Assembly (NCBI GenBank): GCA_964016885.1
Contig: OZ024746.1
Coordinates: 40,052,001 to 40,116,000 of the forward strand
Origin: Eledone cirrhosa
Taxonomy: Eukaryota
Reading direction: 5' to 3'
DNA: 64,000 bases
The translations under genes and the position numbers were made by a program. Under the pieces are notes generated by a model. That model was not told where the DNA came from and ran no database searches. It saw only the letters and a list, made by a program, of their open reading frames with translations. Below, piece by piece: positions 1 through 13,100 of the stretch. Each line of letters starts with the position of its first letter. Position 1 is the stretch's first letter.

Positions 1-221
1 GGGTGTTAGCAGATGACTCCAGATTCTACCAAAGAAGGCCATCATTCAACCGGCTTTGCAGTTGAGTCGTAAGAAGGCAGGAATAAACTGAGAAATAAAA
101 TATATACAAAGTCACCTTAAAGATGCTTAGATTTCAGATATCTACATATCTGTACCAATCACATCAACAGAACTTAATACAAACGAATGTCTCTAGTCGA
201 GATATTTGTTTTAAGAAGTAA

Positions 222-368
222 AATAATTGTTTCTACTTTTGGCACAAGGCCAGCAATTATCCCAGTGGTAAAGTTAACCTCGGCGGGATTTGAACTCAGA
301 ACGTAAAGAGCCATAACTCTATGTTTCAAAGCATGGTGTCTGACGCTCTACCGATACTGCCAATCCAC
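222..368 (-). mobile_element. tRNA-derived SINE (family 1, internally deleted)
   Basis: Minus strand has an A-box-like TGGCAGTATCGG, a B-box GAGTTCAAATCCC and the tail GCTGGCCTTGTGCC..GTAGAAACAATTATT; >10 homologous copies in the window. Confidence 0.85.
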
Positions 369-562
369 ATTGTGTTGAATGTTTGAATGTGTATAATTTG
401 TTTCTGAGGTGTTCGACTTTCTTACTGGTATGTTTGTCAGAAGTCATTGCCTTGAATTGATAAAGTTTATGGCAAGTAATTGTTGTTGTATCATCGGCAC
501 AGTTTTCCCGTGTCCAAGAATACACATTCCATAATATATGTAGTTATGCTCGTGAAATTAAC

Positions 563-815
563 GATAAGTGGCTGAGCATTCCACGGATACGTGCACAGAT
601 ACGTTTAAAGTAGTTCTCTGGGAGAATTAGTATGACAAAATATGTGACAAGACCGGCCCTTTAAATTACAGGTACCACTCATTTTTGTCTTCTGAGTGAA
701 CTGGAGCAACGTGAAAATAAAGCGTCTTGCTCAAGGACACAACTCGTAATCCGGTCCAGGAATCGAACTCACGACTTTACTATCATGAACTAAACAGCCT
801 AGCCATTAAGCCTAC
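563..815 (-). mobile_element. tRNA-derived CORE-like SINE (family 2)
   Basis: Minus strand: B-box GAGTTCGATTCCT followed by GTGTCCTTGAGCAAGACGCTT, which resembles the CORE-SINE domain. Confidence 0.7.
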
Positions 816-1523
816 ACAGTTTTAGGTAGGATCCGACATATAGTATATTTCACTGTATTAAGCAACTGCTGCGCTTTATAATTTACTCTTGGTTTGTTAA
901 CTTTCTTTTCAGATTTCAATTCCTGTGACAAAGGTTAAATGAGGTGTGGAGGTGCGTAAAGTGACAGAAATAAACAACAGATACTATTATTAACTGTGAG
1001 TGATGTAAACAAAGAAATATAAACAAAAACAGGTAAGATGCCATCGATCTCTACCCACTGCTCTGTTTCAATTTTCAATTGAAGATATTTCACATCATTT
1101 GTGACACTAATACCTTAAAATAGATCTGTGTATCACAATATAGTATTTTACTCCTAAAAATATAATGCCATAAACTGCAACAAATACAATGATTATATGT
1201 TTATGTATAACAAAAAACAAAAATAGTGTTGGCTGCAAGTAAGATGACACTGCTTGTTTAAAAGCATGGCAAATTGACGGTATATTTCTGGTTAGAAAAG
1301 ACAGATTAAAATATCTCATGTAAAGCTTAAATTACAAAAAAGCAAGATCTGTATCCAAATGACTTCCGGGAAACTAAATCAGGCTACTATTTTTAATCAC
1401 TTCGAAATGCTTAAATTGAAGAGAAAATTAGATATTGATTAGGAAAGGGTATTTTTTTTTTATGTTCGAAACAATTTGGAAATAAAAGGAAAAAGAAAAG
1501 GAAAACTTTCATTTTCTTATTAT

Positions 1524-1586
1524 TAGATAGATAGATAAATAGATAGATAAATAGATAGATAGTTAGATAGATAAATAGATAGATAA

Positions 1587-1670
<84 letters not shown>
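1524..1670. repeat. (GATA)n microsatellite
   Basis: Direct reading. Confidence 0.95.
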
Positions 1671-1671
<1 letters not shown>

Positions 1672-1801
1672 GAAAGAGAGGAGGTGGATCGTGTATAGAT
1701 AGAGAGAGTGAGAGAGAGAGAGAGGGGGAAAGAGAAAAGGAAGAGAGAGATCTTGTACAGATAGATAGAGAGAGAGTGGGGAGATCGTGTATAGATAGAT
1801 A

Positions 1802-4737
1802 AATTTCTTTATTAGCCACAAGGGCACAAAAGAAAGGGACAAATACAAATGGGGAGTTTACATACAGGTATATGAAAATAAAACTATTAATAAAATAACA
1901 AATAACAATTGATATCCCCAATAGGGGGAGGTGTTACACAGGGGTTGTACACACCCCGAAAAAGTGTACAACCCTCATCTCCAGGAGCACCAAGAGTGAG
2001 TACTCCCTTCCTCTCTTCCTCTTTTTCCTCAACCTACAGGCTTATATAGAGAGAAGGCCCAACCACTCGGGCCATGTTTGCCACATTCACCCACCTTTTA
2101 TAAAATTTGCTGGGGTACAGCACCTCTCTCTCCATCCTGATTTTTCTTCCAAAATGATATTTTAAAAAACGAATCAGTTGCTCGCCGGAGAGAAAGGTGT
2201 CTGACCTCAGTCCTTTTAACCTCGTCCACCATATAACCTCTTTCACCATAGCCATAACACATAGGAAAAACGCCTCTCCATCGTTTTCGAAGGAGGGCGG
2301 CGGTTTGATCATGACAATGGACTCGGTGGTCAACTGGATTGGTCCCACCCGCGACAATAGTTGTTCTACATAGCCCCACAGGTCGGTAACGCCTGGGCAG
2401 TGTACAAACGCGTGCGCGACGGTTTCCTCGGACAGATCTTTTTCGAAGGGTCCCTACCCGGGCGCCCGTGTCTGTAGAGCTTGTCTCGAACTGGTAGAGC
2501 TCCTGGGTAGCACTGCCAGGCCAGGGACTTTTGGAAGTTGTCCATTGGTCCCGGGCGGAAGGTCCTACCGAACAGACTGGCCAGTTCGTCCTCTACGCTT
2601 AGAGTTTCTCCGAGAGTGTCGTCGCACTTGCTGCGGACCAACCCTCTATAGAATGTCGAAGTGGAGTCTCCACTGATCGCCGGGTCCGTTTGGCAGAGGA
2701 CTGTGAGCGCCTGAGCACATTCGATGTGCCAGTCGCCCATTTTCCTCGGTCTTTGCTTGACCCAGGACTGCAGCTCGGTCAGCGAGTCAAGTCGTGGGAA
2801 GGCTCGCCACACGAACGGGGCCCACACCAGTTGTCTGGTGAGGAATACGTGGAGGTGCCGTAGCCTGAGCGTGTATTTGTGCATCGTCAACCACGGCATC
2901 CCCAGCCCTCCGTTTGAAGGGTGTTGGCAGCAGATGGATCTTCTCACCAAAGGAGCCCGTTTCGTCCAAAGGAATTGGAAGAGCACGCGCTCCATTTTGG
3001 TGAGCGTTTTGGCTGGACAAGGCACGACGGTCAAGCGGTAGTAAATGACGGACGCTATAAAAGTGTTCGCCACCTCCGCTCGACCTTTCAAGGATAGTTT
3101 GCACTCGGCCCACTTCTGGGTAAGCACAAACACCTTGGCTGTAATCTCGTTCCAGTTCTTCTCCACCTGGAGGTCCGGACCAAACCAGAACCCAAGCAGC
3201 TTTACCGGTCCTTCCGTCCAGCGTCCGACGACACCATCGGAAGGCATCGGTTTGCCTCTCCACGTTCCGAGTTGCAAACCGACGGATTTGTCCTGGTTCA
3301 GCTTCGCTCCTGTGAACCTTTCGTATTCCTCCAGTAAGGTGCCGATCTCCCCGATTTGAGAGGTGCTCGACACCATTACTGTCATGTCGTCGGCGTAGGC
3401 CGACCCCGCTTTTCGCAGTCCCGGTTCCAAAGGGATGCCCTGCAATAGCTCCAACATCCGCAGTAGTGGCTCGAGAGTCAGTACGTACAGAAGGGAGGAG
3501 AGAGGGCATCCCTATCGGATGGATCGCGTGATATGGAACGACTCCGAGAGGTAGCCGTTCACCTTGACCCATGAGCAGATGTTGCTGCTGTACATTGCAG
3601 CAATCCAGCCCCTGAACACGGGTCCGAAGCCTGCCGCCTCGAGCACCGCATCCAGGTAACGATGGTCAACCCTATCGAAAGCCTTAGACTGATCCAAGTT
3701 GATCAGGGCCCCACCGAAGCCGGGTTTAAACCCTACCCTCTCTATGATGTATCGCATGAGGTGAAGGTTGTTGTGTATGGACCTGGTCGGGATTGCGCAT
3801 GTCTGCGCTTCTCCCACCAGGTTTTCGACGACAAGCGCCAGCCTCTTTGCCAACACCCTGGCCAAAATCTGTAACTCTGTGTTGAGCAGAGTTATGGGCC
3901 GGAAGTTGCCTATGTCATCCCCCTTGTTCTCGTCCTTCCTGACTAACGTGATTCCGCCCTTGGTCACAGAACTGGGAATTCTCCCGTTCTGCTGCCAGTT
4001 GCAGTAGACCGCTTCCACGTAAAATTCGTAGGGTAGACCGTCGAAACCTGGAGATTTGCGTTTGCCGCATTGGCTCAGCGCGTCTCCTATCTCAGCGGCC
4101 GAAATCGGCCTTTCGCAGAACTTCGCCTCGCTGTCCGAGAGTCGCGGTAGGCCGTCGAGGTATGAACCGAAATCCATAGCCCCTCCCGGCGCGCCGCCCT
4201 GCCCGAACAGTTGAGCAAAGTGCCGCTGAAAGGCTGCGCACATTTGCTTCGGCTCACGTATCACGTGTCCGTCTTGGTCCTTCAAAGACCGAATCGTGGA
4301 CTCGTTGCCACTTTTCGCCTCCGTCACTCGGGCCCAGCTAACAGCTTTGGCTCCCTCGTTTCCCAGAGCACGTATTTTGCTTCTGACAACGCAGCCTTCA
4401 TGCTTTGCGTCGAAGAACTGGTCCAAGGCCGTTCTCGTCGCTAGCACGCTGGCTACATTGCCACTCCTAAGTGCTTCTTCTACTTTATCTACCAGTTCCT
4501 TTTCGGTCTTATTTCTATCTAACACTAATTCTTTACTAAAAGCTATCGAGTCTAATCTAACTGCCCTCTTGAGAGAGTACCACCATCTGTTGTTGACAAT
4601 GGCCCCCGTCAAGTGCTGCTTAACTAAAGTGCTAATCCGTCTACTGTAGGCTTTGCATGTCGGTAACGACAAGTTCAGCTTCCAGTAGCCGGGTCCCTGT
4701 CTATGGGTTTTGTCTAGGTTGACTAAGCAGGTCACTA
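1802..4737 (-). mobile_element. Tx1-clade non-LTR retrotransposon copy 1, 5'-truncated, disrupted ORF2
   Basis: RT motifs KSPGFDGLPYEFY, FRPITLLN, LDQSKAFDRVDH, YADD across broken ORFs 3512-4735, 2366-3457 and 2034-2357; 3' end AATAAAGAAATT; ATAGATAGATA on both flanks (1791-1801, 4738-4748). Confidence 0.93.
2034..4735 (-). pseudogene. ORF2 reverse transcriptase remnant (stops/frameshifts)
   Basis: Collinear with ORF2 of copies 3 and 4; interrupted by a TAG at 3512-3514 and a frameshift near 2430. Confidence 0.9.
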
Positions 4738-4792
<55 letters not shown>

Positions 4793-5369
4793 TTTGTGTA
4801 AACAAAATACATAGCGCGGACAGAAACTGTGCAGAAGTCTGCCGTATATATATATATATATTTAAGTATGTGTTTACGGTGCTGCTTATGCAGTCTTCTT
4901 CCATGTCCCGTAATGTATCTTTGAGTTATTTCCTTTAGTTCGTTGTATTTTTAAGAATGCAAATTACCATTCGCCATTATATATATATATATATATATAT
5001 AATTTTCTATTTGTAAAAATCTATTTATTGATCTCTGCCAGTTCGGTTAGGTTCTACTTTGCTGACAAGGTCCATTGCCTTCAATCAAAATCAGACTTTT
5101 AATCACATAGATTAACTTGAAAATCGTTTTCTTAATCCCTTGAAATAATTTCTTCTCCTCTTTGAGATGTGCTAACAATTGGCGGTAAGTTTTTGTTTTT
5201 TGTCTCCACTTTATGAAGAATTTTCAATAAATTAATAATTTATTGGATTCAGTTTTCATTTAATAGTACAAATTCCTACCATTAGGTTCTTTGTATTTCC
5301 TTTATCTCTTTACAAACACACGCACTTACATACACACATACAAGGAGGGTAAGGTGCAGTTACTGTAAG

Positions 5370-5649
5370 TTCACCCAAGTGAACACTCGATGCGTAGTTT
5401 CCAGTTTGTAAAGAGGTGTAGAACTAAACAGAGTTTAAATATAATAATAAAAGGACGATTTGTTATGTCTTCATTGTGTCCATTGAGTAGTGACGCGGGT
5501 GTCGTTCTGTCATTACCACAGCAGAGGTCCGACGAGCTTTTGATTCCAGAGTTGGGCTAAATCGATACAGATCGAACCTTGAGCTGATCAATAGCGAAAC
5601 GCGCGTCACTACTCAATAAAAGTAAAGAAGACATAACAAATCGTCCTTT

Positions 5650-5655
<6 letters not shown>
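5370..5655. mobile_element. TA-flanked fold-back element (family B) with hammerhead-like motif
   Basis: AAAAGGACGATTTGTTATGTCTTC..TTGAGTAGTGACGCG (~5450-5498) is inverted at ~5602-5650; homologous to 53700-53860. Confidence 0.7.
5526..5610 (+). ncRNA. variant type I hammerhead ribozyme-like motif
   Basis: CCGACGA (5529-5535, vs CUGANGA); stem II GCTTTTGAT/ATCAATAGC; GAAA 5596-5599; palindromic ACGCGCGT; GUC site 5605-5607; stem I only about 3 bp. Confidence 0.5.
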
Positions 5656-5694
<39 letters not shown>

Positions 5695-5700
<6 letters not shown>

Positions 5701-5831
5701 TAACAGATTAAAGTAAGCAAAGAGAGATCTTCTGAAACTCAGAAATATTTGCTTTACGGTTCTTATATATCTGATATATATTTATCTTTATCGAGCCCTC
5801 TTTGGATTTTCGTCTTCAACTTTATTATTAT

Positions 5832-5835
<4 letters not shown>
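5695..5835 (-). mobile_element. TA-flanked dispersed element (family E), internally deleted copy
   Basis: Reverse complement matches both ends of 29110-29420. Confidence 0.7.
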
Positions 5836-5909
<74 letters not shown>

Positions 5910-5928
5910 ACTATATATATATATTAGC

Positions 5929-6425
5929 ATTGGTGCTCTGAAATAGCGATGTATACATGAATGTGTGTGTATAGTATATTTGGCAATATACCGTATGTTT
6001 AATTAAAAACATTTAGAAGACCATTCGCTATCAGTTTTACAGTCGTGACTATGTCACTTATATTTTAGGCAAGGGCTGGGAGAGTGGTTGACAGCTGTTT
6101 CTCGCTGGTTGGCGTTTATCAAAGCCACGCACTCACCTGCCTTTGCCGAAAATTATAGAAGCTGGATTCTTATAGAATTCCAGTAATAATCAGGAGCTGA
6201 TTATACAGAGCGATTGCTTGTCCAGCAAAAATTAGGTATTAGGATTGGTGCTCTGAAATAGCGATGTATACATGAATGTACGTATAATATATTTGGCAAT
6301 ATACCGTATGTTTAATTAAAAACATTTAGAAGACCATTCGTTTGCACTACTTTAAAACTGATAGCGAATGGTCTTCTAATTAAACATACGGTATATTGTC
6401 AAATATACTATACATACATTCATAT
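5929..6425. repeat. 315-bp partial tandem followed by an inverted partial copy
   Basis: TGGTGCTCTGAAATAGCG..GAAGACCATTCG starts at 5931 and again at 6246; inverted copy at ~6354-6425. Confidence 0.85.
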
Positions 6426-6658
6426 ATAGTTAGTTAGTTAAGTTTCGAAAATTATAATAATCCTGATGCAAACCACGTGCAGCACTCAATGCCGTCTATA
6501 TCAGTCTGATTAAATGACATAACCCTTTGGTCCAGCTATAATTAGTTGCGCAATTTCCTGTCTATAAACATTTGCATAATACAACAGCTGTGTGCAAGAT
6601 TGTTACAGAAACTCCATTGCGCAATAACCGGATAATACACGGAAGTCTTCTTTGTTTG

Positions 6659-6742
<84 letters not shown>

Positions 6743-6990
6743 CGCATATGTGTGTGTTTGTGTGTGTATGTGTGTATATATATGCGTGTGTGTGTGTATA
6801 CATATATACATATTTTGCCTAACAAATTCCACTCATAGGGTATTGGTCAACCGAAATCTCGTAAAAGATAAAAGCTGAAAGTAGCACGCAGCGAGATCAT
6901 ATCCGGAACTACGCTGTTGTGAAGTGAACTTCATAATCATACAGCAAGGCTCTTGCTTTCTTAATCCCACCCAGCCTTTCTCTCCCCCTC

Positions 6991-7077
<87 letters not shown>

Positions 7078-7195
7078 ATCTATCTATCTCTCTCTCTCTC
7101 ACACTGTCTCTCTCTCCCATTTTTTTATTTCTTTCATCCAGAGAATTGGTTGATGTCAGCAGTAGTGTGAACTGTGAGCTTCTTACTATTTCGGT

Positions 7196-7276
<81 letters not shown>

Positions 7277-7517
7277 TTACATAAGCTCCATTATAACAAA
7301 GATTACGCTTCTTTTCTCTCTCTCTTTCGGTACTATATTCACAGATATATTTTTTCTTTTTCTTCCTATTTTTAGGGTCCTCTGGTTTTCCCTACACCAC
7401 GTCTCCTGTTAATTTTGTTTTTCTTTTAGTTATGATGACTTAACTGTTATCTATATACCTTAAACTAATCCATTCTCTATGTATGTACGTATATAAGTAT
7501 GTGTGTATCTATCTATC

Positions 7518-8491
7518 TGGCGCCTCGAGTGCCTACGGGCGCTCACAGCCCTCTACCAAGCGGAAACGGCAATCAGCGGAGACTCCACTTCGACATTCTA
7601 TAGGGGATTCGTGGAGGATAAGTGCGACGACGTTCTCGGGGAAACCCTAGGCATCGAGGAGGACGAACTGACCAGTCTGTTCGGGAGGACTTTCCGTCCA
7701 GGGCCTATGGATAACTTCCAGATGTCTCTGGCCTGGCAGTGCTACCGAGGAGCTCTACCAGTTCGAGACAAAATCTACAGGCACGGACGCCCTGTCAGAG
7801 ATCCTGCCAAAAGGACCTGTCCAAGATGTGAGCAGGACATCGAAACCGTTCAACACGAAATTGTTCAGTGCCCAGGGGTGACCGACCAGTGGAATTATGT
7901 CGAACAGCTGTTGTCACGTGTGGGACGCATCCAGTTGTCAGGCGAGTCCATCGTGAGGATCACCCCGCCGCCTTCATTTAAGAACGAAAGAGAGGCGGTT
8001 TTCCTCTGTCTGGTGGCGATGGCGAAAGAGGTAATATGGTGGATGAGGTTAAAAGGACTGAGGGCAAACACCTTTCTCTCCGGACAACAACAAGTTAACC
8101 CCTTCTTTAAGTACCACTTCAGAAGGAAGGTGAGAATGGAGAGAGAGGTGTTACACCCCAGTAAATTCGATGAAAGGTGGGTGAATGTGGCAAAAATTGC
8201 CCGAGTGAATGGGCCTTCTCTGTATATAAACCTGTAGGTTGAGGAAGATAAACAGGGGGAAGACAGGAACACGTACAAAACGTGTTCCTGGTGTTGAGGG
8301 TTATTCTATCCACGGGGTGTAAAACAACCCTGTAGTAACGTTCCCCCATACTGGGGATTTCAATAGTTATTTTATTATATATAGTTTATTGTTATTTATT
8401 AATGTTAAAGTTATTTTTATGTAAAAGCCCCGCCGTCACGTCTTGTAATGTCCCATTATTTTTGTACGCCCCTGTGGAAAATAAAGAAAGA
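7518..8491 (+). mobile_element. Tx1-clade copy 2, 5'-truncated (ORF2 C-terminus and 3' UTR)
   Basis: CPRC..ETVQH..QC zinc knuckle, homologous to other copies; ends AATAAAGAAAGA; flanks TATCTATCTATC / TATTTATCTATC. Confidence 0.92.
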
Positions 8492-8538
8492 TATTTATCT
8501 ATCCATCCATCTATCTATCTATCTATCTATTTATCTAT

Positions 8539-8571
<33 letters not shown>

Positions 8572-8572
8572 C

Positions 8573-10114
8573 ACAAAGAAACCAAAACTCTCCTTTGCAG
8601 AGAAAGTTCAAAAGAAGGAAGAATTGATATATCTCGACATAACAAATGCTGAACAACTTTTAAAGGACGCTAAGAGATATGTCACTTTCGAAAAAAATGG
8701 TGCTTTCAGCATCAATTCTCCGGTAGAAATTCGCAAGGAAACTGCTCTCAAAACGATAGTTTTTAGGATAGTTTCCAATTCTACCCGAAAACCAGTCCAA
8801 TTGTCACAGAAAGAAAATGAACTGGTTTTCAAAAATTCAATGAATGATATTGCATTCATTCAAAGAAGCAAACTTTTTGGGAGTATTTCGGTACTCATGA
8901 AGGATCAATTGACGGCCCAAAATTACTCTGTGTCGCCAATTGTATCCAACCTGTACACCTTTTTCCTTACATACATGGGAAAAAGGACACAAAAGATCAG
9001 AATCACGAGTGTCACACCAAAGGTGAACATATGGTGGATACTGTGCGGCTTCATCAATTTTGATGAAGACAGAATACTGTCAGTAGGAAAGTCCTCCAGA
9101 GATGTATTCAATGGGACTAGCATTGAAGTTCTGGTGCAAATGAGCCCAGAGCAAATAGCTATGATCCCACAGCGTGTACTCCTGGACGGACTCACCTACA
9201 TAAACTTTTCGGTTGAGGGTAGGCGGCCTTCATGTTACCATTGTTTTAGCAGGGGTCACCTGAGGGTTTCCTGTCCTAAACTAATGAACCAAAAAAAGGC
9301 TCTTCTGCCGACACCCATCAAAACAACACAACCACCAACACCACCACAACAACAACACCAACACACAAAAATAACCACAACAAACACAGTCCCACCCAAC
9401 CCCACTCCACCTAAAACCACTGCAAAATCACATAAAGACACAACAGCTCCCCAAGACATACCCCTCCCCAATCACACAGACGATACAACAGATGAGGCTA
9501 TCTCGCCATCACCCAGTGAAGACGAGGGAGAACCCCATCGCTCGAAAAGAAAGAAAAGACATCACAAAAGCAAAAAACCAGCAAACACTACCACAAACAT
9601 ACAACCACCAACACAAACAACAAAAACATCACAAACAAAACCCCCACCTCCTGAAAACAAAATACCTACAACAAAACGAAAGCACACACAAGAACTACAG
9701 ACAAAAACAAACACAACACAAGAAAATTACACTTACACTTACATAAACACTGAAAACAAAACACTAATAGAGACCATCACGAACGACCCTTCGGTGAAAA
9801 CCGAAGGGAAAACTTTCGCCCACTCTATTAAAAATAGCAAAAAACTGAACCTAAAACTTATTAGGGTCCCTATACAAACTTATAGGTCCCTAAAAGAAAC
9901 ATTTGAGAAGGATGTGGGGAATTCCTGCGTGAAACCACTCAACCGCGTTCTTCTCAAATGTCTCCCCACCCCAGACACCCCCATCCCACCAGACCCCACC
10001 CCACCAAACATCTGCGTCCCCACCCCGCCGGAAACCACCACCCATCCAGACAACCCCTCCAACACCCCCATGGAAATCGTGCGGCCTGGTCCCCAGGAGG
10101 CGAAGGGTGAGTGA
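8573..10114 (+). pseudogene. ORF1 (gag-like, CCHC zinc knuckle), N-terminally truncated
   Basis: CYHCFSRGHLRVSC knuckle, Pro/Thr-rich tail, alignable with ORF1 of copy 4. The listed start at 8402 is read-through from the copy 2 UTR and microsatellite. Confidence 0.85.
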
Positions 10115-10147
10115 TCTCTTTTCCTCTTTTAACTTTTCAGCACCAAC

Positions 10148-13100
10148 ATGGCCAATATAAGAGTTGGATGTGTGAACGTACGCGTCCTGGGGATGCCCTG
10201 GAAACAGGGCAAACTCTTAAACGACCTCAGGTCGCACAGTATGGATGTGGTAGCCATTTGCGAGTCCAGGATCCACGGCGAGCGACAGCTGGCCCCCATC
10301 TTCGATGACTTTGAGATCTACGCATCTCTCTGTCAGCCGGGGGGTGGGGGCGGAGTTGCCGTTTAGCTGCGGAAACACCTGTGCCTCGTAACACAGACGG
10401 TACATCTGGACCCGGAGGGTCGACTGGTGGTCCTAGACGTTGACGGTAGTGAAGGTGGAGCCTTCAGGCTGGTGGCCGCATATGCCCCATCCGGGACACC
10501 GCGGCCAGACTTCTTCAAACGTCTAGAGACTTTTCTGGGAACGTCCCGCTCCTTGCTTTTAGTGGGGGACTGGAATGGAATCCTAGATGCACGTTGGGAC
10601 TATGTGGGAGCATGTCCCGATAAAGGGGGGTGTAACAGCCTCAAACAGTTAATCGACCGATTTGACCTGGCCGATAGATATCGACTAGATTTTCCGACTG
10701 CGCCACTGTGGACGTGGAGTAATCGTAGCGGAACATCTAGATCGTACCTAGATAGGGTTCTAGTTAGAAATAAGGATAGGGACATGTTAAGCTGTCCACA
10801 AATGTTCATGGTTGCCTATTCAGATCACAAACTTGTGACCTGCATGGCCAACCTTGATAGAACCCATAGACAAGGACCCGGCTACTGGAATCTGAACTTG
10901 TCGTTACCGACAAGCAAAGCCTACAGTAGACGGATTAGCACTTTAGTTAAACAGCACTTGACAGGGGCCATTGTCAACAACAGATGGTGGTACTCTCTCA
11001 AGAGGGCAGTTAGATTAGACTCGATAGTTTTTAGTAAAGAATTAGCGTTAGATAGAAATAGAACCGAGAAGGAACTGGTAGATAAAGTAGAAGAGGCAAT
11101 TAGAAGTGGCAACGTAGCCAGCGTGCTAGCAACGAGAACGGCCTTGGACCAGTTCTTCGACGCAAAGCACGAGGGCTGCGTTGTCAGAAGCAAAATACGT
11201 GCTCTGGGAAACGAGGGAGCCAAAGATGTTAGCTGGGCCCGAGTGACGGAGGCAAAAAGTGGCAACAAGTCCAGGATTCGGTCTTTGAAGGACCAAAACG
11301 GACGCGTGATACGTGAGCCGAAGCAGATGTGTGCGGCTTTTCAGCGGCACTTTGCTCGGCTGTTCGGGGGGAGCGGCGCGCCGGGAGAGGCTATGGATTT
11401 CGGTCCATACCTCGACGGCCTACCGCGACTCTCGGACAGCGAGGCAAAGTTCTGCGAAAAGCCGATTTCAGCCACTGAGATAGGGGACGCGCTGATCCAA
11501 TGCGGCAAACGCAAATCTCCAGGTCTCGACGGTCTACCCTACGAATTTTACGTAGCAATGCCGGACTTATTCTCCGGTCTCCTGGAAGCGGTCTACTGCA
11601 ACTGGCAACAGAACGGGAGAATTCCCAGTTCTGTAACCGGGGGCGTGGTCACACTAATCAGGAAGGACGAGAATAAGGGGGATGACATAGGCAACTTCCG
11701 GCCCATAACTCTGCTAAACACAGAGTTACAGATTTTGGCCAAGGTGTTGGCAAAGAGGCTGGCGCTTGTCGAGAACCTAGTGGGAGAAGCGCAGACATAC
11801 GCAATCCCGACCAGGTCCATACACGACAACCTCCACCTCATGCGATACATCATAGAGAGGGTAGGGTGTAAACCCGGCTTCGGTGGGATCAGTCTAAGGC
11901 TTTCGATAGGGTTGACCATCGTTACCTGGATGCGGTGCTCGAGGCGGCAGGCTTCGGACCCGTGTTCAGGGGCTGGAGCTGCAATGCACAACAGCAACAT
12001 CTGCTCAAGGGTCAAGGTGAACGGCTACCTCTCGGAGCCGTTCCATATTACGCCATCCATTCGACAGGGATGCCCTCTCTCCTCCCTTCTGTACGTACTG
12101 ACTCTCGAGCCACTACTGCGGAAGCTGGAGCTATTGCAGGGCATCCCTCTGGAACCGGGACTGCGGAAAGCGGCGTCGGCCTATGCCGACGACGTGACAG
12201 TAATGGTGTCGAGCGCCTCGCAAATCGAGGAAGTCGGCACCTTACTAAAGGAATACGAAAGTCTCACAGGAGCGAAGCTGAACCGGGACAAGTCCATCGG
12301 TTTGCAACTCGGATCGTGGAGAGGCAGACCGATGCCTTCCGATGGCGTCGTCGGATGCTGGACGGAAGGACCGGTAAAGCTGCTCGGGGTCTGGTTTGGT
12401 CCGGACCTCCAGGTGGAGAAGAACTGGAATGAAGTGACGGCCAAGGTGTTTGCACTCACCCAGAAGTGGGCCGAGTGCAAACTATCCTTGAAAGGTCGAG
12501 CGGAGGTGGCGAACACTTTTATAGCGCCCGCCATCTACTACCGCTTGACCGTCGTGCCTTGTCCAGCCAAAACGCTCGCCAAAATGGAGCGCGCGCTCTT
12601 CCGATTCCTTTGGAAGAGGCGGGCTCCTTTGGTGAGAAGATCCATCTGCTGCCAACACCCTTCTAACGGAGGGCTGGGGATGCCGTGGTTGACGATGCGC
12701 AAACACGCGCTCAGGCTGCGGCATCTCTACGTATTCCTCACCGGACAACCGGTGTGGGCCCCGTTCGTGAGGCGAGCCTTCCCACGACTCCTCTCACTGA
12801 CCGAGCTGCAGTCCTGGGTCAAGCAGAGACCGAGGAAAATGGGCGACTGGCACATCGAATGTGCTCAGGCGCTCACAGCCCTCTGGCAGGCGGACCCGGC
12901 GATCAGTGGAGACTCCACTTCGTCATTCTATAGAGGGTTGGTCCGCAGCAAGTGCGACGACGCGCTCGGTGAAACTCTAGGCGTAGAGGAAGATGAACTG
13001 GCCAGTCTATTCGGTAGGACCTTCCGCCCGGGACCGATGGACAACTTCCAAAAGTCCCTGGCCTGGCAGTGCTAGCTAGGAGCTCTACCATTTCGAGACA

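Noticed and set aside
913-1032. Exon-like segment (TTCTTTTCAG..CAG|GTAAGA)
   Set aside because: Stops in all three frames; could be a UTR or non-coding exon but cannot be supported without transcripts.
6015-6150. HDV-like ribozyme suggested by minus-strand GCGAATGG
   Set aside because: Could not build the P1/P3/L3 nested pseudoknot.
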